Below are positions 24,404 to 37,059 of a stretch of 64,000 bases of DNA, one piece after another. The DNA lies in NCBI RefSeq assembly GCF_009914755.1, contig NC_060928.1; one strand, given 5' to 3'. Made by a program: the position numbers and the translations under genes. The notes beneath the pieces were generated by a model. The model saw only the letters and a program-made list of their open reading frames with translations, was not told where the DNA came from and searched no databases. Position 1 is the stretch's first letter; each line of letters begins with the position of its first letter. This DNA is from the human T2T-CHM13v2.0 reference genome, Homo sapiens.

Positions 24404-27025
24404 AAGAAATCTCCAGTGTCTACTGTTTCCATCTTTGTGTCAGTGTATACTCAATGTTTAGCTCCCACTTATAAGCAAGAACATGCAGTATTTTGGTTAT
24501 CTTTCCAGCATTAATTCACTTAGAATAATGGCCTCTAGCTCAATCATGTTGCTGCAAAGGACAAAATTTTGTATTTTTTATGACTGCATACTATTCCATG
24601 GTGTATATATACCACATTTTCTTCATCCACTCTACCATTGATGGGCATCTAGGTTGACTCCAGGTCTTTGTTATTATGAATATTGCTGCGATGAACCTAC
24701 ATGTGCATGGATCTTTTTGATAGAATGATTTATATTCCTTTGATTATATACCCAGCAATGGAACTGCTGGGCCGAATGGTGGTTCCATTTTAATTCTTTG
24801 GGAAACCTCCAAACTGCTTTCCACAGTGACTGAACTAATTTACATTCCTTCTAAAAGTATATAAACATTTCCCTTTCTCTGCAACCTCACTAGCATCTGT
24901 AACTTTTTGACTTTTTCATAGTAGCCATTCTGACTGGTGTGAAATGGTATCTCATTTGGTTTTCATTTGAATTTATCTAATAATTAGTGACAATAACCCC
25001 TTTTCCTATGCTTGTTGGATGTGTGTATTTCTTCTTTTGATAAGTGTGTGCTCATATCTTTGGCTCATTTTTTAATGGGGTTATTAGGCTTTTGCTTATT
25101 GATTTACTTAAGTTCCTTATAGATCCTGTATATTAGGTCTTTGTCAGATATAAAGTTTGTGTATATTTTCTCCCATTGTGTAGGTTGTCTGCTCTGTTGA
25201 TAGGTTCTTTTGCTGTGCAGAAGCTCTTCAGTTTAATCAGATTCCACTTGTCTATTTTTGTTTTTGTTGCAATTGCTGTTGGAGACTTCATCTGAAATCT
25301 TTGCCAAGGCCTGTATCCAGAATGACATTTCCTAGATTTTCTTCTATGTTTTTATTGTTTTAGGACTAATGTGTAAGTCTTAATCCATCTCGAGGTGATT
25401 TTTGTATGTAGTGAAAGGAAGTGATCCAGTTTCAATCTCCTGCATAGGCTCATCAGTTATTCCAGCACTTTTATTGAATAGGGAGCCCTTTCCCCATTGC
25501 TCATTATTGTTGACTTTGCTGAAGATTAGATGGTTGTAGGAGTGCAGCTTTATTTCTGAGTCCTCTATCCTGTTACATTGGACTGCATTTCTGGTTTTGT
25601 ACCAGTATTATGCTATTTTGGTTACTGTATCCTTGTAGTATAGTTTAAAATCAGATAGTATGGTACCTCCACCTTTGTTATTTTTGCACAGGATTGCTTT
25701 GGCTATTTGAGCACTTTTTTTTGGTTACATATGAATTTTAAAATAGTTTTCTTTCTAAATCTGAAAAAATGATATAGGTAGTTTTATAGGAATAGCATTG
25801 AATGTGTACGTTGCTTTGGGCAGTATGGCCAATTTAACAATATTAATCCTTCCTATCCACAAGCATGGAATGTTGTTTTGATTTTTTTGTGTGATCTCTG
25901 ATTTCTTTGAGTAGCATTTTGTAATTCTCATTGTAGAGATCTTTCTCCTCTCTGGTTAGTTGTATCCCTAGGTATTTTGGTTATTTCTTTTCTCCTGTTA
26001 GCTTTGCAGTTGGTTTACTCTTGTTTTTCTAGTTCCTGTAGGTGTGATGTTAGATTACTAATTTGAGATCTAAGTTCTTGATGCAGTGCTATAAACTTTC
26101 CTCTTAACACTGCTGTAGCAGTGTCCCAGAGATTCTGGCATATTATATCTTAGTTTTCATTTGTTACAAATTTTTGTTCTTTCTGCCTTAATTTCATTTT
26201 TCACCCAAATGTCTTTCAGTAGCAGGTTGTTTAATTTCCATGTAATTGTATAGTTTTGAGCAATTTTCTTAACATTGATTTCTTTTTTTATTGTGCTGTG
26301 GTCCAAGAATTTGGTTGGTATGATTTAAGTTATTTTTAATTTGTTGAGGATTGCTTTATGGCTGAGCATATGGTTCATCTTAGAGTATGTGCTATGTGAA
26401 GATGAGAATAATGTATATTCTGTTGTTATTAGGTGGAATATTCTCTAGATGTCTGTTTGATGCATTTTGTCAACTGCTGAGATTAGCTCCTATCTTTGTT
26501 AGTTTCATGTCTTTGTGATCTGTCAAACACTTTCAGTGGGGTGTTGCAGTCCTCCACTATTATTGTGTGGCTGCCTAACTCTCTTTGTAGTTCTCTAAGA
26601 AGTTGTTTTGTAAATCTGGGTGCTTCCATGTTGGGTGCTTATATATTTAGGATAGTTAAGTCTTGTTATTGAATTGAATTCTTTACCATTCTGTAATGCC
26701 CTTTTTTGTCCTTTTGGTCATTGTTGATTTACAGTGATTGATCAGAAATAAGCAAAGCAATACCTGCTGTTTTGTTTTCTTTCTGCTTGACAGATCTTTC
26801 TCCATCCCTTTACTTTAAGCCTCTGCTTGTCATTGCATGTGAGATGGGTCTCTTGAAGACAGCAAACAATTAGGTCTTGCCACTGTGCCTTTTAAGTATG
26901 GTGTGAAGTCCGTTTACATTCTCAGTCAGTATTGATATGTGAGATTTGATCCTGTCATTGTGTTGTTAGCTATTTGTTATGTATACTTAATTGCATAGTT
27001 GCTTTATAGTTTAATACATAATTAA

Positions 27026-27348
<323 letters not shown>

Positions 27349-28278
27349 AAATTCACTAAATTTAAATGTGTTTTGTGGTAGCAGGTATTGTTCTTTTGTT
27401 TTCATATTTAGTACTCCCTTAAGGATCTCTTTCTAGGCACATCTGGTGGTAACAAATTCCTTTAGTGTTTACCTGTCTGAAAAGGATTTTATTTCTCCTC
27501 TGCTTATGAAGGTTAGCCTGGCTGGATATAAAATTCTTAATTGGAATTTCTTTTTGTTAAGGTTGCCAAAAATAGATCCCCAATCTCTTCTGGCTTGTAA
27601 GGTTTCAGCTGAAAGTTCTGCTGTTAGCCTGATGGTCTTTCTTTTGTACATAACCTGCTCCTTCTCTCTAGCTGCCTTTAGGATGTTTTCTTTTGTGTTG
27701 ACCTTGGAGAATCTGATAACTATGTGTTTTGGGGATGGTCTTCTTATATAGCTTTTCACAGGGGTTCTCTGAATTTCCTGAATTTGCATGTCAATCTGTC
27801 TAGCAAGATTAGGGAAACTTTTGTGAACATATCCCCAAATATGTTTTCCAAGTTGCTTGCTTTCTCTATTTTCAGGAATTCTAAAGGGTAGTAGATTTAG
27901 TCTCTTGACACAATCCCATATTTCTTGGAGGTTTGCCCATTTTTAAATTTTTTTTCTCCTTTTTTGTCTTTCTGTATGATTTGAAGAAGGAGTCTTCATG
28001 CTCTGAAACTCTTCAGTTTGGTCTATACTGTTAACAATGCTTCCAATGGCATTATGAAATTCCTGTAGTAAATTTTTCATTAGAAGTTCATGTTGGTGCT
28101 TTCTTTAAATGGCTATTTTGTCTTTCAATTTTGGATCAATATACTGCTTTCCTTAGATTGGGTTTCAACCTTCTGTATCTGATTGAGCTTCCTTGCCATC
28201 CAGATTATGCATTCTATGTCTTTCATTTCAGCCATTTCTATCTGGTTAGGATCTATTGCTGGGGAACCATTACAGTTG

Positions 28279-28357
28279 TTTTGAGATAAGAAGACACTCT
28301 GGCTTTTGAGGTAAGAAGACACTCTGGCTTTTGAGGTAAGAAGACACTCTGGCTTTT
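28279..28357. repeat. 25-bp tandem repeat, 3 copies, inside L1
   Basis: (ttttgaggtaagaagacactctggc)x3 with one mismatch. Confidence 0.92.
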
Positions 28358-28891
28358 AGAATTACCAGATACTTCTACTAGTTTTTCTCCTCTGTGTATG
28401 CTGATGTTCCTGTTATCTTTGAACTTTCTGTCTTCTGGATGGAGCTTTTTGCTTTTATTTTCTTCAATACCCTTGAGGGTTTGATTGTGGCATAAGTTGA
28501 GTTCAGTCAGTTGACATTTTTTTCTAGATGCTTTCAGGGCCAAGCTCAACTCATCAGTCCTGGGTTATGTGCTGTACCCTAGGGTGCTGGGATGAGGCCC
28601 ACAGTTTTGTTCTCTTGTCCTTTGAGGTCAAGCACCTGCTGCAGTGGAGAGGCCAAGGTATTGCCAGTATACTAGCAACAACACTCTGACAGGGGCTGCC
28701 AGCAAAAGCAAAAGCACTGCAGTGAGGAGGCTGGGGGTCCATAACACTTTGTGCACCAGTGGGGCAGTGGGTGTTTGCAGGCACACTTGCAGGGTGGCAG
28801 GGATTTACACACACATGCATGGTGGGGGGCGGGTGTGGAGGAAGGCTGCAGGCAGGTGAAAGCTGTGGCCAGATGCAGGTAGGCCGAGGTT

Positions 28892-29533
28892 TGATATGGT
28901 TTGGCTGTGTCCCCACCCACATCTTATTTTGAATTCCAACATATTTTTGGAATGGCTGTATTTACCCAATGCCTGTACCCCCATTGTATCTAGGATGTAA
29001 CTAACTTGCTTTTGATTTTACAGGCTTATAGGTGGAAGGGACTTGCCTTGTCTCAGATGAGATGTTGGACTGTGGACTTTTGAGTTAATGCTAAAATTAG
29101 TTAAGACTTTAGGGACAGTTGGGAAGGCATGATTGGTTCAGAAATGTGAGGACATGAGACTTGGGAGGGGCCAGGGGTGAAATAATATGGTTTGGCTCTG
29201 TCCCCATCCAAATCTCACCTTGAATCCCCACACGTTGTGGGAGGGACCCCATGGGATGTAATTGAATCATGGGGGTAGTCTTTCCCATGCTGTTCCTGAT
29301 AGTAAATAAGTCTCATGAGATTTGTCAGTATAATAAAGGGGAGTTTCCCTATCCAATCTCTCTTTTTGCCTAATACCATCCATGTAAGACTTGACTTACT
29401 CCTCATTGCTTTCCACCATGATTGTGAGGCTTCCCCAGCAAAGTGGAACTGTAAGTCTATTAAACCCGTTTTCCTGTATAAATTACCCAGGATCAAGTAT
29501 GTCTTTATCAACAGTGTGAAACAGACTAATACA
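28892..29533 (+). mobile_element. THE1(B-like) provirus with large internal deletion
   Basis: ~50 bp of 5' LTR (tgatatggtttggctgtgtcccc) fused to the last ~240 bp of internal sequence (ending in purine tract gggaggggccaggggtgaaa), then complete 3' LTR 29183-29533; TSD aggtt/agttt. Confidence 0.9.
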
Positions 29534-29707
29534 AGTTTCATCTGAAAAAAGCACCCAATGTGAAGGCAGGGTCTGCTAGAGAAAGAGATACAGTGGTGGC
29601 TCCTGGATAGCATTGTAGTAGGGCACCTGAGGCTGCCTTGCAAGAGGGTGCAACTAGGCAGAAACCCTGCCAGTAGACAGTGGGGTGTTCAGATTATACT
29701 AGCCCAT

Positions 29708-29820
29708 TTCCTGAGGCCTCCCCAGCAATGCGGAACTAAGAGTCAATTAAACCTCTTTCTTTTATAAATTACTCAGTCTCAGGTATTTTATTAATAGCAG
29801 CATGAGAACGGACAAATACG
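29708..29820 (+). mobile_element. THE1D/MSTA LTR 3' fragment
   Basis: 'ttcctgaggcctccccagc...gagtcaattaaacctcttt...ataaattactcagtctcaggtat...gagaacggacaaatac'. Confidence 0.8.
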
Positions 29821-30280
29821 GGAGGACAATTTATAGTGTTACAGATCTAAAATCTATAACCTACATTTGTACTTCAGGAAACTGGAGAAAGAACAGCAAT
29901 ATGCGGCTAAAGTAATAAGAAGAAAATAAATAATAAAATATAGCACAAAAATCAATGAAATTTAAAACACAAAAACAATAGAGAAAAATTGAAACAACAG
30001 TACACTTTTTGAAATGATCAACAAAATTAAAAACATTCTAGTAAAGCTAACCAAGAAAAAAACAAAATTACTAATATCAAAAATGAAAGAAGAATCATCA
30101 CTATATATCTCAGTGACATTAAAAAATAATAAGAAAATACTATGAACAACTTTGCGCCCATTAATTAGGTAACTTAAATAGAATGGACCAATTTCTTAAA
30201 AGAAACACTCTACTAAAATCACATGGGAGTAATAGATAACTTGAATATTTCTATATATAATAAAAATATAGAATCAATCA
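29821..30280 (+). mobile_element. Old L1M ORF2 fragment
   Basis: 'aaatcaatgaaatttaaaac...gaaaatactatgaacaactttgcgccc...gaatggaccaatttctt'. Confidence 0.75.
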
Positions 30281-32380
30281 TTCATTATCAGCATTCCCCT
30301 CCAGAGTGGTATACTTGTTGCAATTAATGACCTACATTAACAATATCACCCAAAGTTCATGGTATTACATTAGGTGTTGTACATTGGTGTTGTACATTCT
30401 TTGAGTTTTGACAAATATATAATGATATGTATTATAATATCATACAGTATAGTTTCACTGCCATAAAAATCTTGTGTGCTTTGATGATTCATCTTTCCTT
30501 CCCCTTATCCCCTAGCAACTACTGATCCTTTTACCATATCTATGGTTTTTGCCTTTCCCAGAATGCCATATGGTTAGAATCAAATAGTATGTGACTTCTT
30601 TTACTTAGTAATACACAAGGGGTCTTCAAACAATTCATGGAAAGTGTGTATTATAAAAAAAAAACTCTGCATGGATATCAACTTTTTTGGACCAAAATAA
30701 ACTTGTACTAACTTGTAATAACATTGCTGAGCAGGACCTAATTTGAGGAAATACAAAGGATAAAACATCAGTTTGAAAAGAGCCCCTGTCAGAGCAACAT
30801 AAATTTTGCTAATATTGAAGCAATAACAAACATCAAATTTGTGGTGAAGCCTGGGTGGAAGAGTGATAAAATCATTGGTGGTTTATGAAAAGTTTATTGA
30901 GACAATGCCCCAAATAAATCAGCAGTTTACAGATCAATAACTTATTCTAAGAAGTGATGGAGCAATGTTGAAGTAGAAGATTGCAGACGTAGACTATTCA
31001 CATCAATTTGCAAGGAAAAAATTAATCTTGTTCATGTTCTATTTGAAGAAAACTAACAATTTACAGCTCAAACAATAGCCGAAACCATAGGCATCTCCAT
31101 CTGTTAAGCTTACAAAATTCTGACTGAAAAATTAAAGGTGAGGAAATTTTCTACTTGATCGCTGGCAAAACCATTGCACTGAAATCAGCTGCAGACAGGA
31201 GCAGAGCATTCAATGGAAATTTCAAACAAGTCAGATCAAGCTCCTGAAACATTTCTTCAGGACCTCAAAGAATAGTAATGAGAGATAAAACATGGCTTTA
31301 CCAGTGTGATCTTGAAGACAAATCACAAGCAAAGCAATGGCTAACAACAGGTGGAAGTGGTCCAGACAAAGCAAAAATCGATTGGTCAAGAGCAAAGGTC
31401 ATAGCAATAGTTTTTTGGGATGCTCAAAACATTTGGTTGTTGATTTCTGCAAGGTCCAAGAACAATAATATCTGCTTATTATGAGGGAGGGGCTTTGAGA
31501 CAGACAAAGCTTTAACAGAACAACGCCTGGAAAACCTTCACCAGAGTCCTTTACCACAACAATGCTCCTCCTCATTCCTCTCATCAAACAAGAGCAATTT
31601 TGCAAGAGTTTTGATGGGAAATCATTAGGCATCCACTTTATGGTCCTGATTTGTCTCCTTCTGACTTTGTTTTGTTTCATAATCTGAAAATTTTCTAAAA
31701 GGCACCCTTTTATTTCCAGTTAATAATGCAAAAGAGACTACATTGACATGGTTAAATTCCCATGACCCTCAGTTCTTTAGGGATGAACTAAATGGCTGGT
31801 ATCATTGCTTACAAAAGTATCTTGACCTTGATGAAGCTTACGTTGAGAAATAAATCTTATATTTTTATTTTTATCTTTTAATTCCATTTACTCCATGAAC
31901 TTTTCGAAGTCTCCTTTTACATTTTTTCTCCATGTCTTTTCATGGCCGAATAGCTAATTTCTTTTTAGTTTTAAGTAATATTCTTTTACATGAATGCATC
32001 ACGCTTTATTTATTCATTCACCCACATGAGAACATCTTGGCTGCTTTCAAGTTTCAGCAATTATTAATAAAGCTGCTATAAATACCTGTGTGCAGGTTTC
32101 TGTGTAGACATAAGCTTTCACCTCCTTCGGGTGAATACCAAGGGGCACTATTGCTGGATCACATGTTAAGAGTGTATTTTGCTTTGTAAGAAACAGCCAA
32201 ACTGTCTTCCAAGGTGGCTGTACCATTTTACATTTCTACCAGCAATGAGTGAGAGTTCCAGTTGTTCTACATTCTTGCCAGCATTTGAATTTTGCCCATT
32301 ATAATCAGTGTGTAGTGGCATTACATTGTTATTTTTATCTGTAATTCCCTGATGACATACGATGTGTAACATCTTTTCAG
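30281..32380 (-). mobile_element. L1MC-type 3' segment (antisense), host of HSMAR2
   Basis: 'cagagtggtatacttgttgcaatt...cagtatagtttcactgcc'; resumes after HSMAR2 with 'ccatgtcttttcatggc...gtaagaaacagccaaactgtcttccaaggtggctgtacc'. Confidence 0.8.
30616..31917 (+). mobile_element. HSMAR2 mariner DNA transposon, near full length (~1.3 kb), transposase pseudogenised
   Basis: TIRs caaggggtcttcaaacaattcatgga / tccatgaacttttcgaagtctccttt followed by TA; ORF 31278-31484 (DKTWLYQCDLEDKSQAKQWLTTGGSGPDKAKIDWSRAKVIAIVFWDAQ) matches the mariner catalytic region around the first Asp; 'catccactttatggtcctgatttgtctccttctgacttt' encodes HPLYGPDLSPSDF, the (H)PPYSPDLAPSD motif. Confidence 0.93.
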
Positions 32381-34760
32381 AGCTGATGAGTTTCTAAATA
32401 TGGCATCTGATCCATGAAGTAAAATGGATGGACTTAATTAAAATTGAAAACTTCCACCATGCAAAACACACTGTTTAGAATAAAAATACAAACTGGGAGA
32501 AGATATTTCACAACACATATTTGAAAAAGATTTGCATCCACAATATGCAAAGAAATTACAAAAATCAAAAATAAGAAAAAGACTAAATTTTAAAATAAGC
32601 AAAATATCTGACTAGGTACCTCACTAACAAAGATATACAAATGACAAATAAGCATACAGAAATGTTCAACATGATTCGTTGTTAGGAAATGGTAAATTAA
32701 AACAAGAATATGATACCGCTACACAACTATTAGAATGGCTAAACCTTAAAAATTGACCATACTAACTGCCAATGAAGATATGAAGCTACAGGAACTCTCA
32801 TTTACTGCTGCTGGGAATAAAAACTAGTAAAGCTACTTTGAAAGACAATTTGGTAGTTTCTTACAAAGCTACATATAGTCTTACCCTAAAATCCAGGAAT
32901 CATACTCCATAGTATTTACCAAACTGATTTGAAAACTTATGCCCACACAAAACCTGCACACAAATGTTTACAGCAGTTTTATGCATAATTTCCCAAACAT
33001 GGAAGTAACCAAAATGTCCTTCAATATGATAAGCAAAATCGATAAACAAACCTGTCTTACCTCCATATTCAGCAACTTTAAAAAATGAGCTATCAAGCCA
33101 TGGCAAAACAGAGATGAATCTTAAGTACACATTGTTAAGTGAAATAAACCAGTCCGGAAAAGCCACAAAATGCATGATTCCAATTATGTGACATTCTGGA
33201 AAGGGCAATCTGTAGAGATGATAAATAGGTCAGTGGTTGCCAGGAGTTCAAGTTGGTGGGGCGTGGGGAGGTTGAATGTGTGAAGCACAGGAAGTGTTTG
33301 CACTGTACTCTAACTGGTAGAGTAGTTTTTCAGAGAGAATGGGTTAACAATTGAAATGACAATACATTTATACTGAAACTGAGCTAAGTATATAAATTGT
33401 GGATGTTAGGAGCCAGATTTCTCACTGTTGGGGGTAAGAGTTTACAGATAAGCAAGGATAGGAAGCTAGAATGTTCATGCGGTAATGGAATGTAGTGGAA
33501 GACATCAGTGGGGACTCATGTTGAGCTTAATATCATTACTTTTAATGACAAAACTCACATTTACTTTTGCACCAACCTATTAGATATAGGTCGTTGCATA
33601 TAGAAATGTCTGTAGGTAGGTGGATATATTAGGCTGATATGCATGCATATATTCGTTTTTTCTGTCGGCTGAGAAGCCCTAGAAGCAACCACATCTTAGT
33701 AGCAATGAGCACACCTAATGACCAGAATAAAAGGAATCATAGCTTCTTGGAAACGGCTGATTGTAGGACTGTGGCAGAAAGATGTACAAGATGAACCAGC
33801 AGCAACCGTAGTGCCAAAAACATAGAAAATGGTAATAATAATAATAATAATAAAACTACAATGCTGGTGGTATTTCAAAAGGATATGGCAGCCAATGAAA
33901 GATCTTTTAATGGCTGTAACTGGAATAATTTGAAGAACAAAAAGAAAATACCATTGGGTTATAACTCAAAATATTTTGAAAATACAAATATTTGTAATGA
34001 TTGAATACACATTTGTATAAATAATTAGATGAGGAAAGAATCAACACATATCCTACATAGAATTCCTGGTAACTTATGCAGGTATTCCTCCTTCAAAAAA
34101 GGAGGATCCAGCTCCCACTTCTTGTCCAAACTGTGCACAGTGACTTCTTCCCAAAGAGCATGGCATAGAAAGGGAGGAAAAAAAACTTCCAGTGATAAAT
34201 CTAAGACAGTACCCCAAGCTAGGTGATCGAGGTTAATATCAACAGTGATTACTTAAATTGGTAATATGTACTCTTGATATGAAGTGATGATGAGGGAAAT
34301 TTGCCTTTTTGGTATTCCTTCTAAAACATAGTGACCCAGTCTAATTATGAGAAAAAAATAAAACAAGTTTGAATTTGTTCATTCCACAAAATATCTGGAA
34401 CATTCCACAAAATATCTGGTTAGCATTCCTCAAAACTGCCAACGTCATAAAAGATAAGGGAAGTCTAAGAAACTCTCTCAACTGAGACAGCCTGAGAAGA
34501 CATGACTGCTAAGAGTCACGTGGTATCCTGGATGGGATCTTGGAACAGAAAACGGGCATTGAGTAGATGAATAAAATATGGACTTTAGTTAATAATAATG
34601 TATCAGTATTATCTCATTAATTATAACAGATGCACCGTACTAATGTAACATGTAATTGATACTAAAGGGGGAATTGGAAATACAGTATATGAGAACACTC
34701 TGTACTCTCTTGGCAATAATTCTGTTAATGTAATGCTGTTGTAAAGTTAAAAAGCTAATT
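32381..34760 (+). mobile_element. L1MC/MD ORF2 end and long 3' UTR
   Basis: 'ggacttaattaaaattgaaaactt', 'caaaacctgcacacaaatgtttacagcag', 'gacattctggaaagggcaa', 'ggtatcctggatgggatcttggaacagaaaa'. Confidence 0.8.
33534..33580. mobile_element. Partial MADE1 (Hsmar1-derived MITE), one TIR plus spacer
   Basis: 'cattacttttaatgacaaaactcacatttacttttgcaccaaccta' matches the right half of the 80-bp MADE1 palindrome. Confidence 0.8.
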
Positions 34761-34790
34761 TTCAGATTTATATACAATCATATATGCACA

Positions 34791-34841
34791 TATGTGTATA
34801 CGTGTGTGTGTGTGTGTGTGTGTGTGTAGGTATGTGTGTGT
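34791..34841. repeat. (TG)n microsatellite
   Basis: Direct sequence; ~13 perfect units at 34802-34827. Confidence 0.9.
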
Positions 34842-36754
34842 ATAATGTTCCCATGAGGTCCAGCCTCATGTCTTGCCAATTTCTCTTGGTACACAGCACA
34901 CCGAACTTCTTCCAACAAAAACTTGTTAGCAAACTTCTAACAGCTCCTCCATTATCACATGTTCTGTTTTGCCTCTGTACTGCCTCTACTAAAACTTTCC
35001 TCCCACCTTCTTCTCTATGACTAATGCATCCTCATTCTTTTTGTCTTCTACCAGGAAATTCCAGAAGTCTACTCTAAACCCAGCTAAATAACGAGGCTTT
35101 CCTAAGTATTCTGACAGTATCCCACACTTTTGTCAAATAAAAAACTTCTTTAATATTTATACCCACAGTAGAGTGGGAGTTCCCTAAAAGGAGAAACGAG
35201 GTGGGACCCGAAGCTGTTTCTAGAAACACACCACTCCCATCTCACCATCCACATCTCCTTGCCACACTTCACTTCACCATTTCACACACACACACTCACG
35301 CACTCACACAAACACACACCCTATCTGTAAAGCTTTTTTCACCTTTCCACTTTGTTAACTTGTTTATTGTTCAACCCTCAGCCAAGGGGTCACATTCTCC
35401 AAAAAGGTCTTCTTGAATTTATGGAGATTTTAAGTGATTCTTTAGCATCCTACTTCCTTGAACACGAAGTTATATTTGTGTTCATCTCTCCCACTAGTCT
35501 AAAAATGTCATTCATTTTTGTACCCCTATACTTTCAAAAAGGTCTGATACATAATAGAATGTCAAGAGATACTTAATGAACTGGCTTGAACTGAACTAGG
35601 CAGCAATTTTTCTCTGGAAAAAGCATACTAAAATTGGTGGTTCTATTTTTTTCCAAAAGGGAATGAATCAATTTGGAAACTGAGAGTCAAATTTCAAACA
35701 AAGTACCAGCAAATGCCTCGGGCAAACTAACTTTATTATTAATAGGACTCATAATCTACAACTAACTGTTCTTACTGCTGCTTTTAAAAGCCAAGTATTA
35801 CTATTCTAAAACTAAAAATGAGAGATAGTTTCGATGAGTAATATTTTCAAGGTAATTCACGGAAATAATGTTGATATTCTTCTCCCTTGAAAATCTTAAC
35901 ATCTCTAAAACACAAAGTTATGTACAAAATAAAATAAATGCTAATTTGTAACATATTTTGTTATTTTGATTGTGTAAATGCATGGATATTTATTAATATT
36001 ATTATTGTTATTATTATTATTATTATCTTACCTTTGTCTTCAAATATTGTAGAATGCCCTGGTCTATTTGTTCTTAGGACATTCCTTTACTCTCTTTTTT
36101 ATTTGTTTCCAGAAAAAAAATGTGCCTTGTTCCAACTTACTAAATAAAAATTTAAGATCCTACTAACTTCAGGCTTATGTAATGTTAATGCATTTCTATT
36201 TTATTTTCCAATATACTTTGGATTAAATATTAATTTTGGAAAAAAGTTACCAATGTAGCATAAAAACGTAGCTTTTTAAAAATAAAAGCATCAACAAAGA
36301 CTAAAGAAAGCAGGATATTGTGCCAAAAAGAGACTTTAACAACTGTGTCATGGTCACAGAAGCCTGCTGTTTAAAAATTAATTTTTAGTTTGAAAACATT
36401 ACTGGCAGGACCAGGAGTATGCAAAACATATTCTCTCATTAACAGAGCTGCTCTTTGGAGCATAAATGCCAAATGTTTCAAATTAAGGACAAAGAATACT
36501 TTGAGCCTTAGAATAATGTGCTGTAGAACTGAAAGTATATAAAATTGTCTCCAACTAATATTTTCCTAAGCAAAAATATTTATAAAACTATAAAACCAAA
36601 TACTGACTTGTTTTATACATAAGCATGATATACCTTGAGATCTTTTTTTCAGTATTTGCTTTTGAATAACTAAATTTTTCTAGAGAAGGAGAAAAAATTA
36701 TCTTTTAAGTTAGTAGAGTGACCTTAGAATAATTTTCTCTCGAATCACTTATGC

Positions 36755-36900
36755 CCTCATTGGACATTAACTAAGTACCTGATGTGAACCAGGGATCGGG
36801 CTAGGTGATGCATACAGAGCATAGTCATTGACCTCAAAGTGCCCTAACTTTTATCGGGGATCAGACAACAAGGCAATCAGAACTCAACTACAGAGGCAAA
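36755..36900 (-). mobile_element. L2 3' fragment
   Basis: 'cattaactaagtacctgatgtgaaccagg...gggctaggtg...atagtcattgacctcaaag'. Confidence 0.5.
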
Positions 36901-37059
36901 ACTATGTAGCCAGTTCAGATATGCTCGATGATGGCGATCATTTACCACAAAGCTTTAACAGTGTATATGTAGGATGTTAAGCATTTAGCATTTCCACCTA
37001 ACATATGAAGTAGTACATAGAAGGATTTGAGATATGCTTCCCTAAAGAAATTCACAAAA

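Noticed and set aside
28279-28357. CRISPR-like repeats
   Set aside because: Head-to-tail tandem units with no spacers, inside an L1 in primate DNA
31278-31484. Transposase ORF as a domesticated gene
   Set aside because: Only 68 aa of a disrupted HSMAR2 transposase; start codon lost and frame broken
34380-34419. Small tandem duplications (also 6861-6912, 30373-30398, 44808-44840)
   Set aside because: Ordinary replication-slippage events with no sign of function
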